A stretch of 64,000 nucleotides of DNA from an uncultured Acidobacteriota bacterium (GCA_963764715.1 CAVXTP010000006.1:128001-192000); one strand, 5' to 3'. Shown: positions 47,853 to 58,389, counted from the stretch's first letter. The notes: a model not told the origin generated them from the letters alone. Made by a program: numbers and translations.

Positions 47853-50297
47853 ATGAACAGCCTCGCCCGCCAGATTCGCTACACGCTTCGGTCGCTCCGA
47901 AAGAGCCCGGGCTTCTCGGCCGCGGCGATCGGGACCCTCGCCCTCGGAATCGCCGCGACGACGACCATCTTCTCGCTCCTCCACTCGGTCGTTCTCGCGC
48001 CGCTCCCCTACCGCGAACCCGAACGGCTGACGGTCCTCTGGGAAGTCGGGCCGGACGGCCGGCTCTGGCGCCCGGCACCGACCTCCTATCGCGCGTGGCG
48101 CGAGCACGCCCGCTCCTTCGAGAGCCTCGCCGCCTTCCAGGGCGCGACATGGACGCTGACGGGCGAGGGCGAGCCGGTCTCGCTCCATGGCAGCCGGGTC
48201 ACGCCCGAATACTTCGATCTTCTCGGCGTTCTCCCGGTCCTCGGCCGCGCCTTCCGGCCGGAGGAAGCGAAATCGGGCGCCGCGCCGGTCGTCCTTCTCG
48301 GGCACGAGCTCTGGGTCTCGCGCTTCGGCGCGGACCCCGGAATCCTCGGCCGCACGGTGACACTCGAGGGCACGCCCCGCACCATCGTCGGCGTGATGCC
48401 GCCCGCACCTTACCCGACCGCGGCCCTGACGATCGGCCGCATCGCCTTCGCTCCAGGAGGGCCGGAGTTCTTCGCTCCCGCCGCGCTCGAGGGCGCAGGA
48501 GCGCCGCGGGGCCGCAGCTACGTGCTCGGCGTCCTCGGGCGCTTGAAGCCGGGCGTGACCCTGGCGGCGGCCCGGCAGGAGATGACGGCGCTCGCCCGGA
48601 GACTCGCGGCCGAGGACTCGAGCAACCGGGGCGCGGACACGCGGCTTGCGCCGCTCGATCTCGAGACGCAGGGTGCGATGCGGCCCGCTCTCTGGCTCCT
48701 CTTCGGGGCGGTGATCTTCGTGCTCGCGATCGGCTGCGCCAACGTGGCGAGCCTCCAGCTCGCGCGGGCCGAGGCCCGCGGGCGGGAAATCGCGGTCCGC
48801 TCGGCCCTCGGCGCCGGACGCGGACGGATCGCCGCCCAGTTCCTGGTCGAGGCGCTCGTTCTCTCCGCGGCGGCCGGCGCCCTGGGAGTTCTCCTCACGT
48901 ACTGGGGGCTGCCGCTGCTCGTCACCCTGGTGCCTCCGGACGTCCCGAGGCTCGGGCAGGTGCGGGTCCACCAGGGGGTCCTGGCCTTCGCGGTCGCCGT
49001 CTCGCTGGTGGTGGGCGTGCTCTCCGGCCTCGTGCCGGCGCTGACCGCGGCGCGCCGGGGCGCCGCGCGCGGGCTGTCCGAGGTGGGCCGGGGCGCGACC
49101 GGCACTCGCGGAGCGCGACGCTCCCTGCGGCTGCTGGTTCTCGGCGAAACCGCGGTCGCCGTGCTGCTCGCCTCGGGCGCGCTGCTGCTGACGCAGAGCT
49201 TCCTGCGGCTCTCTCGGGTCGACCCGGGGTTCCGCGCCGCCAACGTCACGGTCGCGCGATTTTCCCTGCCGCGCTCGCGCTACCAGACCTGGGGCGACGT
49301 CGCCCGCTTCGAGGACGCCCTGCTCTCGAGAGCGCGGGCCCTGCCCGGAGTCTCCTCGGCCGCCCTGGCCTACAACCATCCGCTCGAGGCCCAGTGGATC
49401 GGCGGCGGCGAGGCCGAGCCGGGCACCGGCGATCCCGGCGGCGAACGGTCTCCGTCCTGGTTTCGAGCCGTCAGCGACGGCTACTTTCGCTCGGTCGGTG
49501 TGTCGCTTCTCGAGGGGCGCGACTTCTCCCCTACCGATGACGCGCGGCACCCGGCGGTCGCGATCGTCAACCGGGCCTTCGCCCGCGCGAACTTCCGGGA
49601 CGGCCGCGCCCTGGGGCGCTTCCTGGAGTCCGGCGACGGCGTCTCCTGGTGGGGCGAGGGCCTGCCGACCCGCTTCGAGATCGTCGGCATCGCGGCCGAC
49701 GAGAAGTTCCTGGGCCTCGACAAGGGGACCGCGCCCGCCTACTACCTCACCGTCCGCCAGTTTCCGATCGAGGACATGCAGCTCGTGGTCCGGGGCTCCG
49801 CGTCTGCGCCGGACCTGCGCCGGGCGTTCCACGACCTGGACCCGGCCCTTCCGATCCAGGGCGTTTCGACGATGACGGGCGTCTACGCCGAGGCCCTGGC
49901 GCCCTCGCGCCTGAACATGCAGCTCATGCTGACCTTCGGCGGTCTCGCCGTGGGTCTCGCGATGGTCGGCGTCTACGGGCTGCTTTCCTACGTCGTCGGG
50001 CTGCGCCGCCGCGAGCTCGGCATCCGGATCGCGCTCGGCGCCCGGTCGCCGCAGGTGCTCGGCACCGTGCTCGCGGAGACGGCGCGGCTGGCGCTCGGAG
50101 GAATCGCTCTGGGACTCGCCGGCGCGCTCGCTCTGGCCCCGCTTCTCTCGCGCGTCCTCTTCGGCGTCGCCGCGACCGACCCCGCGACCCTCGCGGCGGC
50201 CGCCCTGGCCCTCGGGGTCGTGATGTTCCTGGCGAGCGGCCTGCCGGCACGGCGCGCCGCCCGCATCTCCCCCAGCGAAGTGTTGAAAGGCGAATGA
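47853..50297 (+). CDS. ADOP-type duplicated ABC permease #6
   Basis: ATG at 47853 ([21 protein letters not shown]) inside ORF 45639..50297; ends RISPSEVLKGE. Confidence 0.9.
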   Translation: MNSLARQIRYTLRSLRKSPGFSAAAIGTLALGIAATTTIFSLLHSVVLAPLPYREPERLTVLWEVGPDGRLWRPAPTSYRAWREHARSFESLAAFQGATWTLTGEGEPVSLHGSRVTPEYFDLLGVLPVLGRAFRPEEAKSGAAPVVLLGHELWVSRFGADPGILGRTVTLEGTPRTIVGVMPPAPYPTAALTIGRIAFAPGGPEFFAPAALEGAGAPRGRSYVLGVLGRLKPGVTLAAARQEMTALARRLAAEDSSNRGADTRLAPLDLETQGAMRPALWLLFGAVIFVLAIGCANVASLQLARAEARGREIAVRSALGAGRGRIAAQFLVEALVLSAAAGALGVLLTYWGLPLLVTLVPPDVPRLGQVRVHQGVLAFAVAVSLVVGVLSGLVPALTAARRGAARGLSEVGRGATGTRGARRSLRLLVLGETAVAVLLASGALLLTQSFLRLSRVDPGFRAANVTVARFSLPRSRYQTWGDVARFEDALLSRARALPGVSSAALAYNHPLEAQWIGGGEAEPGTGDPGGERSPSWFRAVSDGYFRSVGVSLLEGRDFSPTDDARHPAVAIVNRAFARANFRDGRALGRFLESGDGVSWWGEGLPTRFEIVGIAADEKFLGLDKGTAPAYYLTVRQFPIEDMQLVVRGSASAPDLRRAFHDLDPALPIQGVSTMTGVYAEALAPSRLNMQLMLTFGGLAVGLAMVGVYGLLSYVVGLRRRELGIRIALGARSPQVLGTVLAETARLALGGIALGLAGALALAPLLSRVLFGVAATDPATLAAAALALGVVMFLASGLPARRAARISPSEVLKGE

Positions 50298-50968
50298 ACA
50301 CGATGATTCAGCTCACCAGCGTCGAAAAAGCCGTCGCAACCCGCGCCGGCCAGACCTTTCTCCTCCGCCGCATCGACCTCACGATCGCCGAGGGCGAGTT
50401 CGTCACGATCATGGGACCGTCGGGCGCCGGCAAGTCGACCCTGCTCTCGATCCTCGGCATGCTCGACCACGACTGGTCGGGCGAGTACCGACTCCTCGAG
50501 CACGACGTCCATCGCCTGAAGCCGCGCGAGCGCATCGAGCTCAACAAGAAGTACGTCGGCTTCGTCTTCCAGCAGTACCACCTGCTCGACAACCTCACGG
50601 TGGCCGAGAACCTCGACATCCCGCTGTCCTACCGCAACGTGAAGGGCTCGGAACGGGCCTCGACGGTGGCCGACACGCTCGACCGCTTCCAGATCGTCGG
50701 CAAGAAAGATCTCTTCCCAAACCAGCTCTCGGGCGGCCAGCAGCAGCTCGTCGGCGTGGCGCGCGCGCTCATCGCGAAGCCGAAGCTGCTCCTCGCCGAC
50801 GAGCCGACCGGGAACCTCCACTCCGACCAGGGCCGCGAGATCATGCGCCTCTTCAAGAAGCTCAACGACGAGGGCACGACGATCGTGCAGGTCACGCACT
50901 CCGAGGAGAACGCGACCTACGGCAACCGCATCGTCCGGCTGCGCGACGGCTGGATCGTCAACGACTGA
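50294..50968 (+). CDS. ABC transporter ATP-binding protein, MacB/LolD type, variant motifs
   Basis: ATG at 50294 (ATGA overlap). [43 protein letters not shown] and VTHS motifs. Confidence 0.93.
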   Translation: MNTMIQLTSVEKAVATRAGQTFLLRRIDLTIAEGEFVTIMGPSGAGKSTLLSILGMLDHDWSGEYRLLEHDVHRLKPRERIELNKKYVGFVFQQYHLLDNLTVAENLDIPLSYRNVKGSERASTVADTLDRFQIVGKKDLFPNQLSGGQQQLVGVARALIAKPKLLLADEPTGNLHSDQGREIMRLFKKLNDEGTTIVQVTHSEENATYGNRIVRLRDGWIVND

Positions 50969-50983
50969 GGATCGAGGAGCACG

Positions 50984-53413
50984 ATGTCTTCCTGGCTGCA
51001 GGATCTCCGCTTCGCCGTCCGGCGCCTCGCCGCGACTCCCGGGTTCACCGCGGTCGCCCTGGTGACGCTCGCCCTCGGCATCGGCGCCAACGCCGCGATC
51101 TTCAGCGTCGTCGACGCGGTTCTGCTGCAGCCCCTGCCCTACCGCGAGGGCGAGCGGCTGGTCATGCTCGGCGACCGGACGCCGGACGGCGCCTCGGCCA
51201 ACAACGTCGGGTATGCGACGTACGAGGATCTCCGGGACTCGAGCCGGAGCTTCGAAGCGATGGCGGCCGTGCGGAACTGGAACCCGACGCTTTCCGCGGA
51301 TGGTCAGGCCGAGCGCATCCCGGCGATGCGGGTGACCTCGGGCTTCTTTCCGCTCCTGGGCGTCTCACCCGCACTTGGCCGCGGCTTCCTGCCGGAAGAG
51401 GATCGCCCCGACACCTGGCGCGCCGTCGTCCTCTCGGACGGACTGTGGCGCCGGAGCTTCGGCGCGGACCCTTCGGTCGTTGGCCGAGTGATCCGGTTGA
51501 ACGACATGGATTTTCGGGTCGTCGGCGTGATGCCTCGCGACCTTCGGGAGCTCGTCTCGGCGCGTTATTACGCGAAGGCCGAGCTCTGGGCGCCGGTGGG
51601 TTACGCGAAGGGCCTGCCGTACGCGTGCCGCGACTGCCAGCACCTGAAGGCGATCGCGCGGCTCGCACCGGGGGCGACGCTCGATTCGGCCCGCGCCGAC
51701 CTCGACGGCATCCGGAAGCGCCTCGCTGCCGAGTACCCGACGAGCTATCCGAGCGGCTCGATGGCGGTCGTGCCCCTGTCCCGGGAGCTGACGGCCGGGG
51801 TGTCCGCGCCGCTGCTGGTCCTCGCGGGCGCGGTCGGATTCGTGCTCCTGATCGCCTGCGCGAACGTCGCGAACCTCACGCTCACGCGGTCCCTTCAGCG
51901 TTCCCACGAGATGGCCGTGCGGGGAGCCCTCGGCGCCAGCCGCTACCGGCTCATCCAGCACGTCCTGGCCGAGAGCTTCGTCCTCTGCGCCGCCGGGGGC
52001 GCCCTCGGCCTGGCGCTGGCTTCGGCGCTGCAGACGACGCTGATCCGGCTCGCGCCGGTCGGCGCGCCGCGGCTCGACCGCGTCGGCGTCGACCTTCGGG
52101 TCGTGGCGTTCGCCGCGCTGATCTCGACCGCCGCGGCGCTGCTGTCGGGCCTCCTCCCGGCGGTGCGCGCCTCGGCGGCCCGGCTCACGGAGTCTCTGGC
52201 CTCGCGGACGCGCGGAAGCGCCGGCGCCGCCTCGTCCCGAGCGCGCCGCGTCCTGACCGTCGTGGAGCTCGCCCTCGCGGTCGTCCTCGTCGCCGGAGCG
52301 TTCCTGATGCTCCGGAGCGTGGCGCGCCTGCTGGATACGCCCCTGGGCTTCGCTCCCGAGCGCGTGCTGACGATGGCGGTGACGCTGAGCGGCGACGCCT
52401 ATGCGCAGGACGCGGCCTGCGTGGCTTTCCAGAACCGGGCGCTCGAGCGCGTGCGCTCGCTTCCGGAAGTCGAAGCCGCCGGCTTCGCGGGCCAGATCCC
52501 GCTCGGCGGCAACGGCGACTCGATGGGCTTTCACATCGAAGGCCGTATGAAGGCGAACGTCGCCGAGGATCCCTCCGTCGAACGGTACTCCGTCACGCCG
52601 GACTACTTCCGCGCGATGGGGATCCCGCTCGTCCGCGGGCGCCTCTTCGCCGACGCCGACGACGCCGGCTCCGTTCCGGTCATGGTCGTGTCCGAGACGA
52701 CGGCTCGATCGCTCTGGCCGGGGATCGACCCGCTCGGTGAGCGCGTGCGCATCGGCGGCAACAACGGCCCCTGGCGCACCGTCGTCGGCATCGCCGGCGA
52801 CGTCCGTCACACCGACGTGGCATCGGCCCCGACGCCCCAGATGTACCTGCCGCAGGCGCAGGTGACCGACGGGGCCCTGACCCTGGCCGTCCGGACGCGG
52901 ACATCGGACCCGGAGACGCTCGCCTGGCCCCTTCGGGCGGCGATCCGGGAAGTCGACCCGAGCGTGGCGATCGACAGCATCGCGACCATGAGCTCCCTCG
53001 TGGACCGATCGGCCGCGCCGCGGCGATTCGTGATGCGACTGCTGGCGGCGTTTGCGGCCGCCGCGCTGCTGCTCGCGGCCATCGGCCTTTACGGCGTGGT
53101 CGCGCATGCCGCCGCGCAGCGGACCCGAGAGATCGGAATTCGCGTCGCCCTCGGCGCCACCCCACGGGACGTGACGCGCCTCGTTCTTTCGAGTGGAGCC
53201 GGGACCGTGGCCGCCGGCCTCGTCGCCGGCGTTGCGGCGGCGGTCGTCCTGATGCGCCTGATCCGGTCGGTTCTCTACGAGGTCAGTCCGAGCGACCCGC
53301 TCGCGATCGGCGGCGCCGCCGCCGTCCTCGCCCTCGTCGCGCTCGCCGCGCACTGGCTGCCGGCGCGGCGCACCGCCCGCATCGATCCCGTCGTGGCTCT
53401 CAAGTCGGAGTGA
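50984..53413 (+). CDS. ADOP-type duplicated ABC permease #7
   Basis: 809 aa with family motifs; periplasmic CRDC; ends RIDPVVALKSE. Confidence 0.92.
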   Translation: MSSWLQDLRFAVRRLAATPGFTAVALVTLALGIGANAAIFSVVDAVLLQPLPYREGERLVMLGDRTPDGASANNVGYATYEDLRDSSRSFEAMAAVRNWNPTLSADGQAERIPAMRVTSGFFPLLGVSPALGRGFLPEEDRPDTWRAVVLSDGLWRRSFGADPSVVGRVIRLNDMDFRVVGVMPRDLRELVSARYYAKAELWAPVGYAKGLPYACRDCQHLKAIARLAPGATLDSARADLDGIRKRLAAEYPTSYPSGSMAVVPLSRELTAGVSAPLLVLAGAVGFVLLIACANVANLTLTRSLQRSHEMAVRGALGASRYRLIQHVLAESFVLCAAGGALGLALASALQTTLIRLAPVGAPRLDRVGVDLRVVAFAALISTAAALLSGLLPAVRASAARLTESLASRTRGSAGAASSRARRVLTVVELALAVVLVAGAFLMLRSVARLLDTPLGFAPERVLTMAVTLSGDAYAQDAACVAFQNRALERVRSLPEVEAAGFAGQIPLGGNGDSMGFHIEGRMKANVAEDPSVERYSVTPDYFRAMGIPLVRGRLFADADDAGSVPVMVVSETTARSLWPGIDPLGERVRIGGNNGPWRTVVGIAGDVRHTDVASAPTPQMYLPQAQVTDGALTLAVRTRTSDPETLAWPLRAAIREVDPSVAIDSIATMSSLVDRSAAPRRFVMRLLAAFAAAALLLAAIGLYGVVAHAAAQRTREIGIRVALGATPRDVTRLVLSSGAGTVAAGLVAGVAAAVVLMRLIRSVLYEVSPSDPLAIGGAAAVLALVALAAHWLPARRTARIDPVVALKSE

Positions 53414-53422
53414 GGTGACGAG

Positions 53423-55882
53423 ATGAGTCTGCTCCAGGACCTCCGCTTCGCCGCCCGCACGCTGAAGAAGAGCCCAGGCTTCGCGGCCCTCGCGATCCTG
53501 ACGCTCGCCCTCGGGATCGGCGTCAACGTCGCGATCTTCTCGGCGGTCGACGCGGTCCTGTTCCGGCCGCTCGCCGTGCGCGACCCGGCCTCGCTCGTCC
53601 GGATCTGGGCGACCGACGAGAAGGGGCAGGAGCTCTACAACCACTCGTATCCGGTCTTCACGGACTACCGCGACGGCGCGTCGGCGTTCGCCGGGATGGC
53701 GGCCTTCGACGACTCCGAGGCCTTCCACCTCTCGACGGGCGGGAAGCCCGAACGGGTGACGGGGGCCCTCGTGAGCGGGAGCTTCTTCGAGCTGCTCGGC
53801 GCGCGGCCCGAACGCGGCCGGCTCCTTTCGCTCTCCGACGACGCGGCGCCCGGCGCCGCCGCCGTCGCGGTCATCAGCCATCGCCTCTGGGCCGGCCGTT
53901 TCGGGTCGGACGAGGCCACCGTGGGCTCGACGGTCCGGTTGAACGGCCACCCCTACACGATCGTCGGCGTGGCGCCTCCCGGTTTCACCGGCGTCAACCT
54001 CGACAACCTTCCGGACGTCTGGGTCCCGATCGCGATGGTCGACCACGCCCTTCCCGAGTTCGCGGACGACAAAGTCCTGACCGGCCGCAACCTCTCCTGG
54101 CTCGACGTCATTGCCCGTCTCAAGCCCGGCGTGTCCGCCGCCACCGCGCAGGCCGAGCTCGACACGATTGCGAAGCGCCGGGCGCTGGGCCAGGCGAAGG
54201 ACCATCAGGACCCAATGGCGAAGGTCCTCCCGGCCGGCGACTTCGCCGTCGGCCCGAGTTCCCGCGACGAGGCGCGCCGCCTGTCCTGGCTCCTCGTGGG
54301 GATGGCCGGTCTCGTGCTCCTGATCGCCTGCGCGGACGCCGCGGGCCTCCTGCTCCTGCGCGCCGAGCGGCGCCGGCGGGAGATCGGCGTTCGGGTCGCC
54401 CTCGGCGCCTCCCGCCGGCAGATCGCGCGGCAGCTCTTCGTCGAGAGTCTGCTGCTCGCGACGCTGGCGGCCGGGACCGGCCTCGTCTTCGCGATCTGGG
54501 GCGGCGACCTGCTCGCGGCGCTCGTGCCTCCCGAGTTCGCGCTCCCGATGGGCGCGGCGACCTCCGTGCTCGACCTGCGCGCGCTCGCCTTCGCGGCGGC
54601 CGCGGCGTTCGCGTGCGCCGTCCTCTCCGGGCTCGTGCCGGCCCTGCGCGGAGGCCGGATCGACGTGCTGACCTCGATCAAGGGCTCGGGGCCGCAGGCC
54701 GGCCGGCCGCGGTTCGGCCCGCGCGACGCGCTCGTCGTCGGCCAGATCGCGCTGACGGCGGTTCTCCTCGTCGGCGCAGGCCTGACGGCGCACACGCTGG
54801 CGCGCGAGGCCGCCGTCGACCCGGGCTTCGATCCCGCCGGGCGGCTCGAGGCGTCGCTCGACCTGGCCCGCCAGGGCTACGACCGTGCTCGGGGCTCGGC
54901 CCTGTTCGCGGAGCTGCTCGAGCGCGTGCGCGCGATCCCCGGCGTCCGCTCCGCGGCCCTCGCCCGGACGACGCCCGTGCAGAGCGCGGGCATGCGGACC
55001 TCCATCGAGAGCGACGGGTACACGCCCGCTCCCGACGAGATCCCGCAGGCGGACCTCAACATCGTCACGCCCGGCTTCTTTTCCGCGCTCGGCGCGCGAC
55101 TGGTGGCCGGCCGCGACTTCGACGCGCGCGACAGGGCCGACGGCCCCGCGGTCGCGATCGTCAGCGAGGCGATGGCTCGCAAGTTCTGGCCGGGCGTCGA
55201 TCCGGTCGGCCGCCGCATCATGAACCTCGGGCCTCCCGGGGTCGGCGGCGAGGTCATCGGCGTCGTGCGCGACGTCCGCTTCCGCAGCCTGCGCCGGGCG
55301 CCGGATCCCACGGTCTACGTCCCGCTGTCCCAGTTCTACATGCCCCGGATGACGATCCTCCTCGACGCGAAGACCGACGCCGCCGCCCTGGCGGGACCCC
55401 TGGCGCAGGCCGTCGCCGGCCTGGATTCGGGGCTTCCGCTCTTCCACGTCCGCACGCTGGAGGAGAAGCTCGGCCTCGCCCTCGGGCAGAGCCGGCTGAT
55501 CGCGCTTCTCGTCGGCGCCTTCGGCCTGCTGGCGCTGCTGCTCTCGGCGACCGGGCTCTACGGCGTCGTCTCGTACGCGACCCAGGCGCGCACGCGCGAG
55601 TTCGGAATCCGGATGGCCCTCGGCGCGCAGAAGGCGCACGTGCGCGGCCTCGTCCTCCGGCGCGGCTCCCGGATCGCGATCCTCGGGCTCGCGGCGGGTC
55701 TTGCCGCCGCCGCCGCCGCCTCGCGCCTGGCGGCCCAACTTCTCTTCGGCGTTTCCCCTCTCGATCCGCTTTCGTACGCCGCCGCCGCCTCCATCCTCGC
55801 CGCCGCGGTGCTCGCCGCCAGCGCCGTGCCCGCCGAGCGTGCCGCTCGCGTGGAGCCGATGGCCGCCCTGAGGAGCGAATGA
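53423..55882 (+). CDS. ADOP-type duplicated ABC permease #8
   Basis: 819 aa with family motifs; ends RVEPMAALRSE. Confidence 0.92.
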   Translation: MSLLQDLRFAARTLKKSPGFAALAILTLALGIGVNVAIFSAVDAVLFRPLAVRDPASLVRIWATDEKGQELYNHSYPVFTDYRDGASAFAGMAAFDDSEAFHLSTGGKPERVTGALVSGSFFELLGARPERGRLLSLSDDAAPGAAAVAVISHRLWAGRFGSDEATVGSTVRLNGHPYTIVGVAPPGFTGVNLDNLPDVWVPIAMVDHALPEFADDKVLTGRNLSWLDVIARLKPGVSAATAQAELDTIAKRRALGQAKDHQDPMAKVLPAGDFAVGPSSRDEARRLSWLLVGMAGLVLLIACADAAGLLLLRAERRRREIGVRVALGASRRQIARQLFVESLLLATLAAGTGLVFAIWGGDLLAALVPPEFALPMGAATSVLDLRALAFAAAAAFACAVLSGLVPALRGGRIDVLTSIKGSGPQAGRPRFGPRDALVVGQIALTAVLLVGAGLTAHTLAREAAVDPGFDPAGRLEASLDLARQGYDRARGSALFAELLERVRAIPGVRSAALARTTPVQSAGMRTSIESDGYTPAPDEIPQADLNIVTPGFFSALGARLVAGRDFDARDRADGPAVAIVSEAMARKFWPGVDPVGRRIMNLGPPGVGGEVIGVVRDVRFRSLRRAPDPTVYVPLSQFYMPRMTILLDAKTDAAALAGPLAQAVAGLDSGLPLFHVRTLEEKLGLALGQSRLIALLVGAFGLLALLLSATGLYGVVSYATQARTREFGIRMALGAQKAHVRGLVLRRGSRIAILGLAAGLAAAAAASRLAAQLLFGVSPLDPLSYAAAASILAAAVLAASAVPAERAARVEPMAALRSE

Positions 55883-58389
55883 TGAATGCCCTGCTCCAGG
55901 ACCTGCGCTACGCGCTGCGTTCGCTTCGCAAGAGCCCGGCCTTCGCCGCCGCCGCGATCGCGACGCTCGCGCTCGGCATCGGCGCCAACGCCGCGATCTT
56001 CGCGCTCGTCGACCGGGTGATGCTCCGGCTGCTGCCGGTCCGCGCGCCGCGTGAGCTCGTCCTCCTCCGCTCCCCGGGCCCCCGCCAGGGACATACGTGG
56101 AGCGACGGCGACGACGCCTTCTCCTTCTCGTACCCCATGTACCGCGACCTGCGCGATCGCAACGAGGTCTTCGAAGGGCTCCTCGGCGTCTTCCCGTTCG
56201 CGGCGAGCGTCGCGGCCGGCGGAACGACCGAGCGGGCGGCGGGAGAGCTCGTCACGGGAAATTACTTCGGCGTGTTGGGCGTGCCGCCGGAGCTCGGCCG
56301 GGTCTTCACTCCCGACGACGACCGGGCGCCCGGCGCGCATCCGCTGACGGTCCTCTCGCACGGTTACTGGGCCCGCCGCTTCGGGAGCGACCCGTCGATC
56401 CTCAACAAGACGATCGTCGTCAACGGCCAGTCCCTCACCGTCGTGGGCGTCGCGCACGCCGCCTTCGCCGGCGTCCAGCCCGGCCGCCGCGCGGACCTCT
56501 TCGTCCCGCTCGCGATGAAGGCGGGGATGACGCCGTTCCAGGAGACCCTCGAAAGTCCCAGGGACTACTGGCTGCAGCTGATCGGACGGCTGAAGCCTGG
56601 CCTGTCGCCCGCCGCCGCCGAGGCTTCACTCGCCGCGACGTATCGGCCGCTCCTCGAGGCCCTCCTTCCGCAGATGACGAACTGGGACGACACCCGCAAG
56701 AAGGAATTCCTCGCGCGCCGGATCGAGCTTCCGGCCGGGGGCGTCGGCCGGTCCAACATGCGGCAGGGGTTCGGCACGCCGCTGCTCTCGCTGATGGGGA
56801 TGGTCGGCCTCGTGCTCCTGATCGCCTGTTCGAACCTCGCGGGTCTGCTCGCCGCGCGCGGCGTCGCCCGCCAGCGCGAGTACGGCATCCGCCTCGCGAT
56901 CGGCGCCAATCCGGGGCAGCTGCTCCGCCAGTCCGTCGTCGAGTGCCTGACCTTCTCGATCGCGGGCGGTGCGCTCGGCCTCGCGCTGGCGACCTGGACG
57001 CTCTCGGCGCTCCTGTCCACCTTCCCCCCGGACGCCGACCTGCGACAGGTTGCCGTCTCGATCGACCCGCGGGTCATCGGCTTCGCCGCCGTCCTCGCCG
57101 TCGTCGCGGGGATCCTCTTCGGCGTCGGCCCGGCGTACCGCGCGTCTCGGCTCGATCCGGCTCGGACCCTGCGCGGCCAGAGCCGCGGCGCGAGCTCGGC
57201 CGGGCGCGAAGCCATCCGGACGCGCGGCTGGCTCGTGACGGCGCAGGTCGCCCTGACGCTCGTGCTGCTCGTGGCCGCCGGTCTCTTCACCAGGAGCCTC
57301 GCCAACCTCGGTCGCGTCGACCTGGGCATCAAGCCGGACAACGTTCTTTCCTTCTCGCTCGCTCCCGAGTCGAACGGCTACACGCCCGAGCGGACGGCGC
57401 AGCTCGTGCGGCGGCTCTCCGAGACGCTGGCCGCCGCCCCGGGGGTCCGCTCGGTCTCGGCCGCCGAGGTCGCCGCCATGACCGGAAGCGACGAGACGAG
57501 CAACGTCCGGACGTCGGGTCCCGCCAACGAAGAGACCAAGGGCATCCGGGTCTGGCGCAACCAGGTCGGGCCGCAATACTTCTCGACGCTCGGCATCCCG
57601 CTCGTCGCCGGCCGGGAGTTCCGGTTCGAGGACGATCTGCGGGCGGCCCCGGTCGCCATCGTCAACGAGACGATGGCGCGCAAGTTCTTTCCGGGCCGCT
57701 CCGCGATCGGCGAGCGGCTCGGGATCGGCCGCGGCGAGGAGGCGCCCGGGATCGAGATCGTCGGCATCGTCCGCGACGCCAAGGCGGGGCGTGTCGGCGA
57801 AGAGGACCACCCCTTCGCGTTCACGCCGTACCTCCAGGATTCGAAGCTGGGCTCGCTCACCTTCTACCTGCGGGGCGAGCTCCCGCCCGACCGCCTCGCA
57901 CCGGCTGCGCGCGCCGCGGTGGCGAGCCTCGATCCGCAGCTTCCGGTCTTCGACCTCAAGACGCTGACGGCCCAGATCCGCGAGTCCCTGCTGACGGAGC
58001 GCCTCATCTTCGTCCTGTCCGTCGCCTTCGGCGGCCTCGCGGCGCTTCTCGCCGCGATCGGGATCTACGGGGTCCTCGCCTTCTCGGTCGCCGAGCGGCG
58101 GCGGGAGATCGGCGTGCGCATGGCCCTCGGCGCCGACCCGGCGACCGTCCGCCGCCTGGTCCTGTCCGAGGTCGGACGCTTCCTCGTCATCGGCGCGGCC
58201 GTCGGACTGCCGGCCGCCTGGGCGCTCGCCCGGGTCATCGAGTCGATCCTGTTCGGCGTGAAGGCCGCCGATCCCTTCGTCTTCGCCTCGGGCCTCGCGC
58301 TCATGGCGGCGGTCGCCCTGGGCGCCGGCTACCTGCCGGCGCGGCGCGCCGCGAAGATCGACCCGCTCGACGCCCTCCGGGGCGACTGA
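55879..58389 (+). CDS. ADOP-type duplicated ABC permease #9
   Basis: ATG at 55879/55882 (MMNALLQDLRY) inside ORF 54613..58389; ends KIDPLDALRGD. Confidence 0.92.
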   Translation: MMNALLQDLRYALRSLRKSPAFAAAAIATLALGIGANAAIFALVDRVMLRLLPVRAPRELVLLRSPGPRQGHTWSDGDDAFSFSYPMYRDLRDRNEVFEGLLGVFPFAASVAAGGTTERAAGELVTGNYFGVLGVPPELGRVFTPDDDRAPGAHPLTVLSHGYWARRFGSDPSILNKTIVVNGQSLTVVGVAHAAFAGVQPGRRADLFVPLAMKAGMTPFQETLESPRDYWLQLIGRLKPGLSPAAAEASLAATYRPLLEALLPQMTNWDDTRKKEFLARRIELPAGGVGRSNMRQGFGTPLLSLMGMVGLVLLIACSNLAGLLAARGVARQREYGIRLAIGANPGQLLRQSVVECLTFSIAGGALGLALATWTLSALLSTFPPDADLRQVAVSIDPRVIGFAAVLAVVAGILFGVGPAYRASRLDPARTLRGQSRGASSAGREAIRTRGWLVTAQVALTLVLLVAAGLFTRSLANLGRVDLGIKPDNVLSFSLAPESNGYTPERTAQLVRRLSETLAAAPGVRSVSAAEVAAMTGSDETSNVRTSGPANEETKGIRVWRNQVGPQYFSTLGIPLVAGREFRFEDDLRAAPVAIVNETMARKFFPGRSAIGERLGIGRGEEAPGIEIVGIVRDAKAGRVGEEDHPFAFTPYLQDSKLGSLTFYLRGELPPDRLAPAARAAVASLDPQLPVFDLKTLTAQIRESLLTERLIFVLSVAFGGLAALLAAIGIYGVLAFSVAERRREIGVRMALGADPATVRRLVLSEVGRFLVIGAAVGLPAAWALARVIESILFGVKAADPFVFASGLALMAAVALGAGYLPARRAAKIDPLDALRGD

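Noticed and set aside
51626-51643. CRDCQH as a c-type heme attachment site
   Set aside because: The motif is CxxCxH, not CxxCH.
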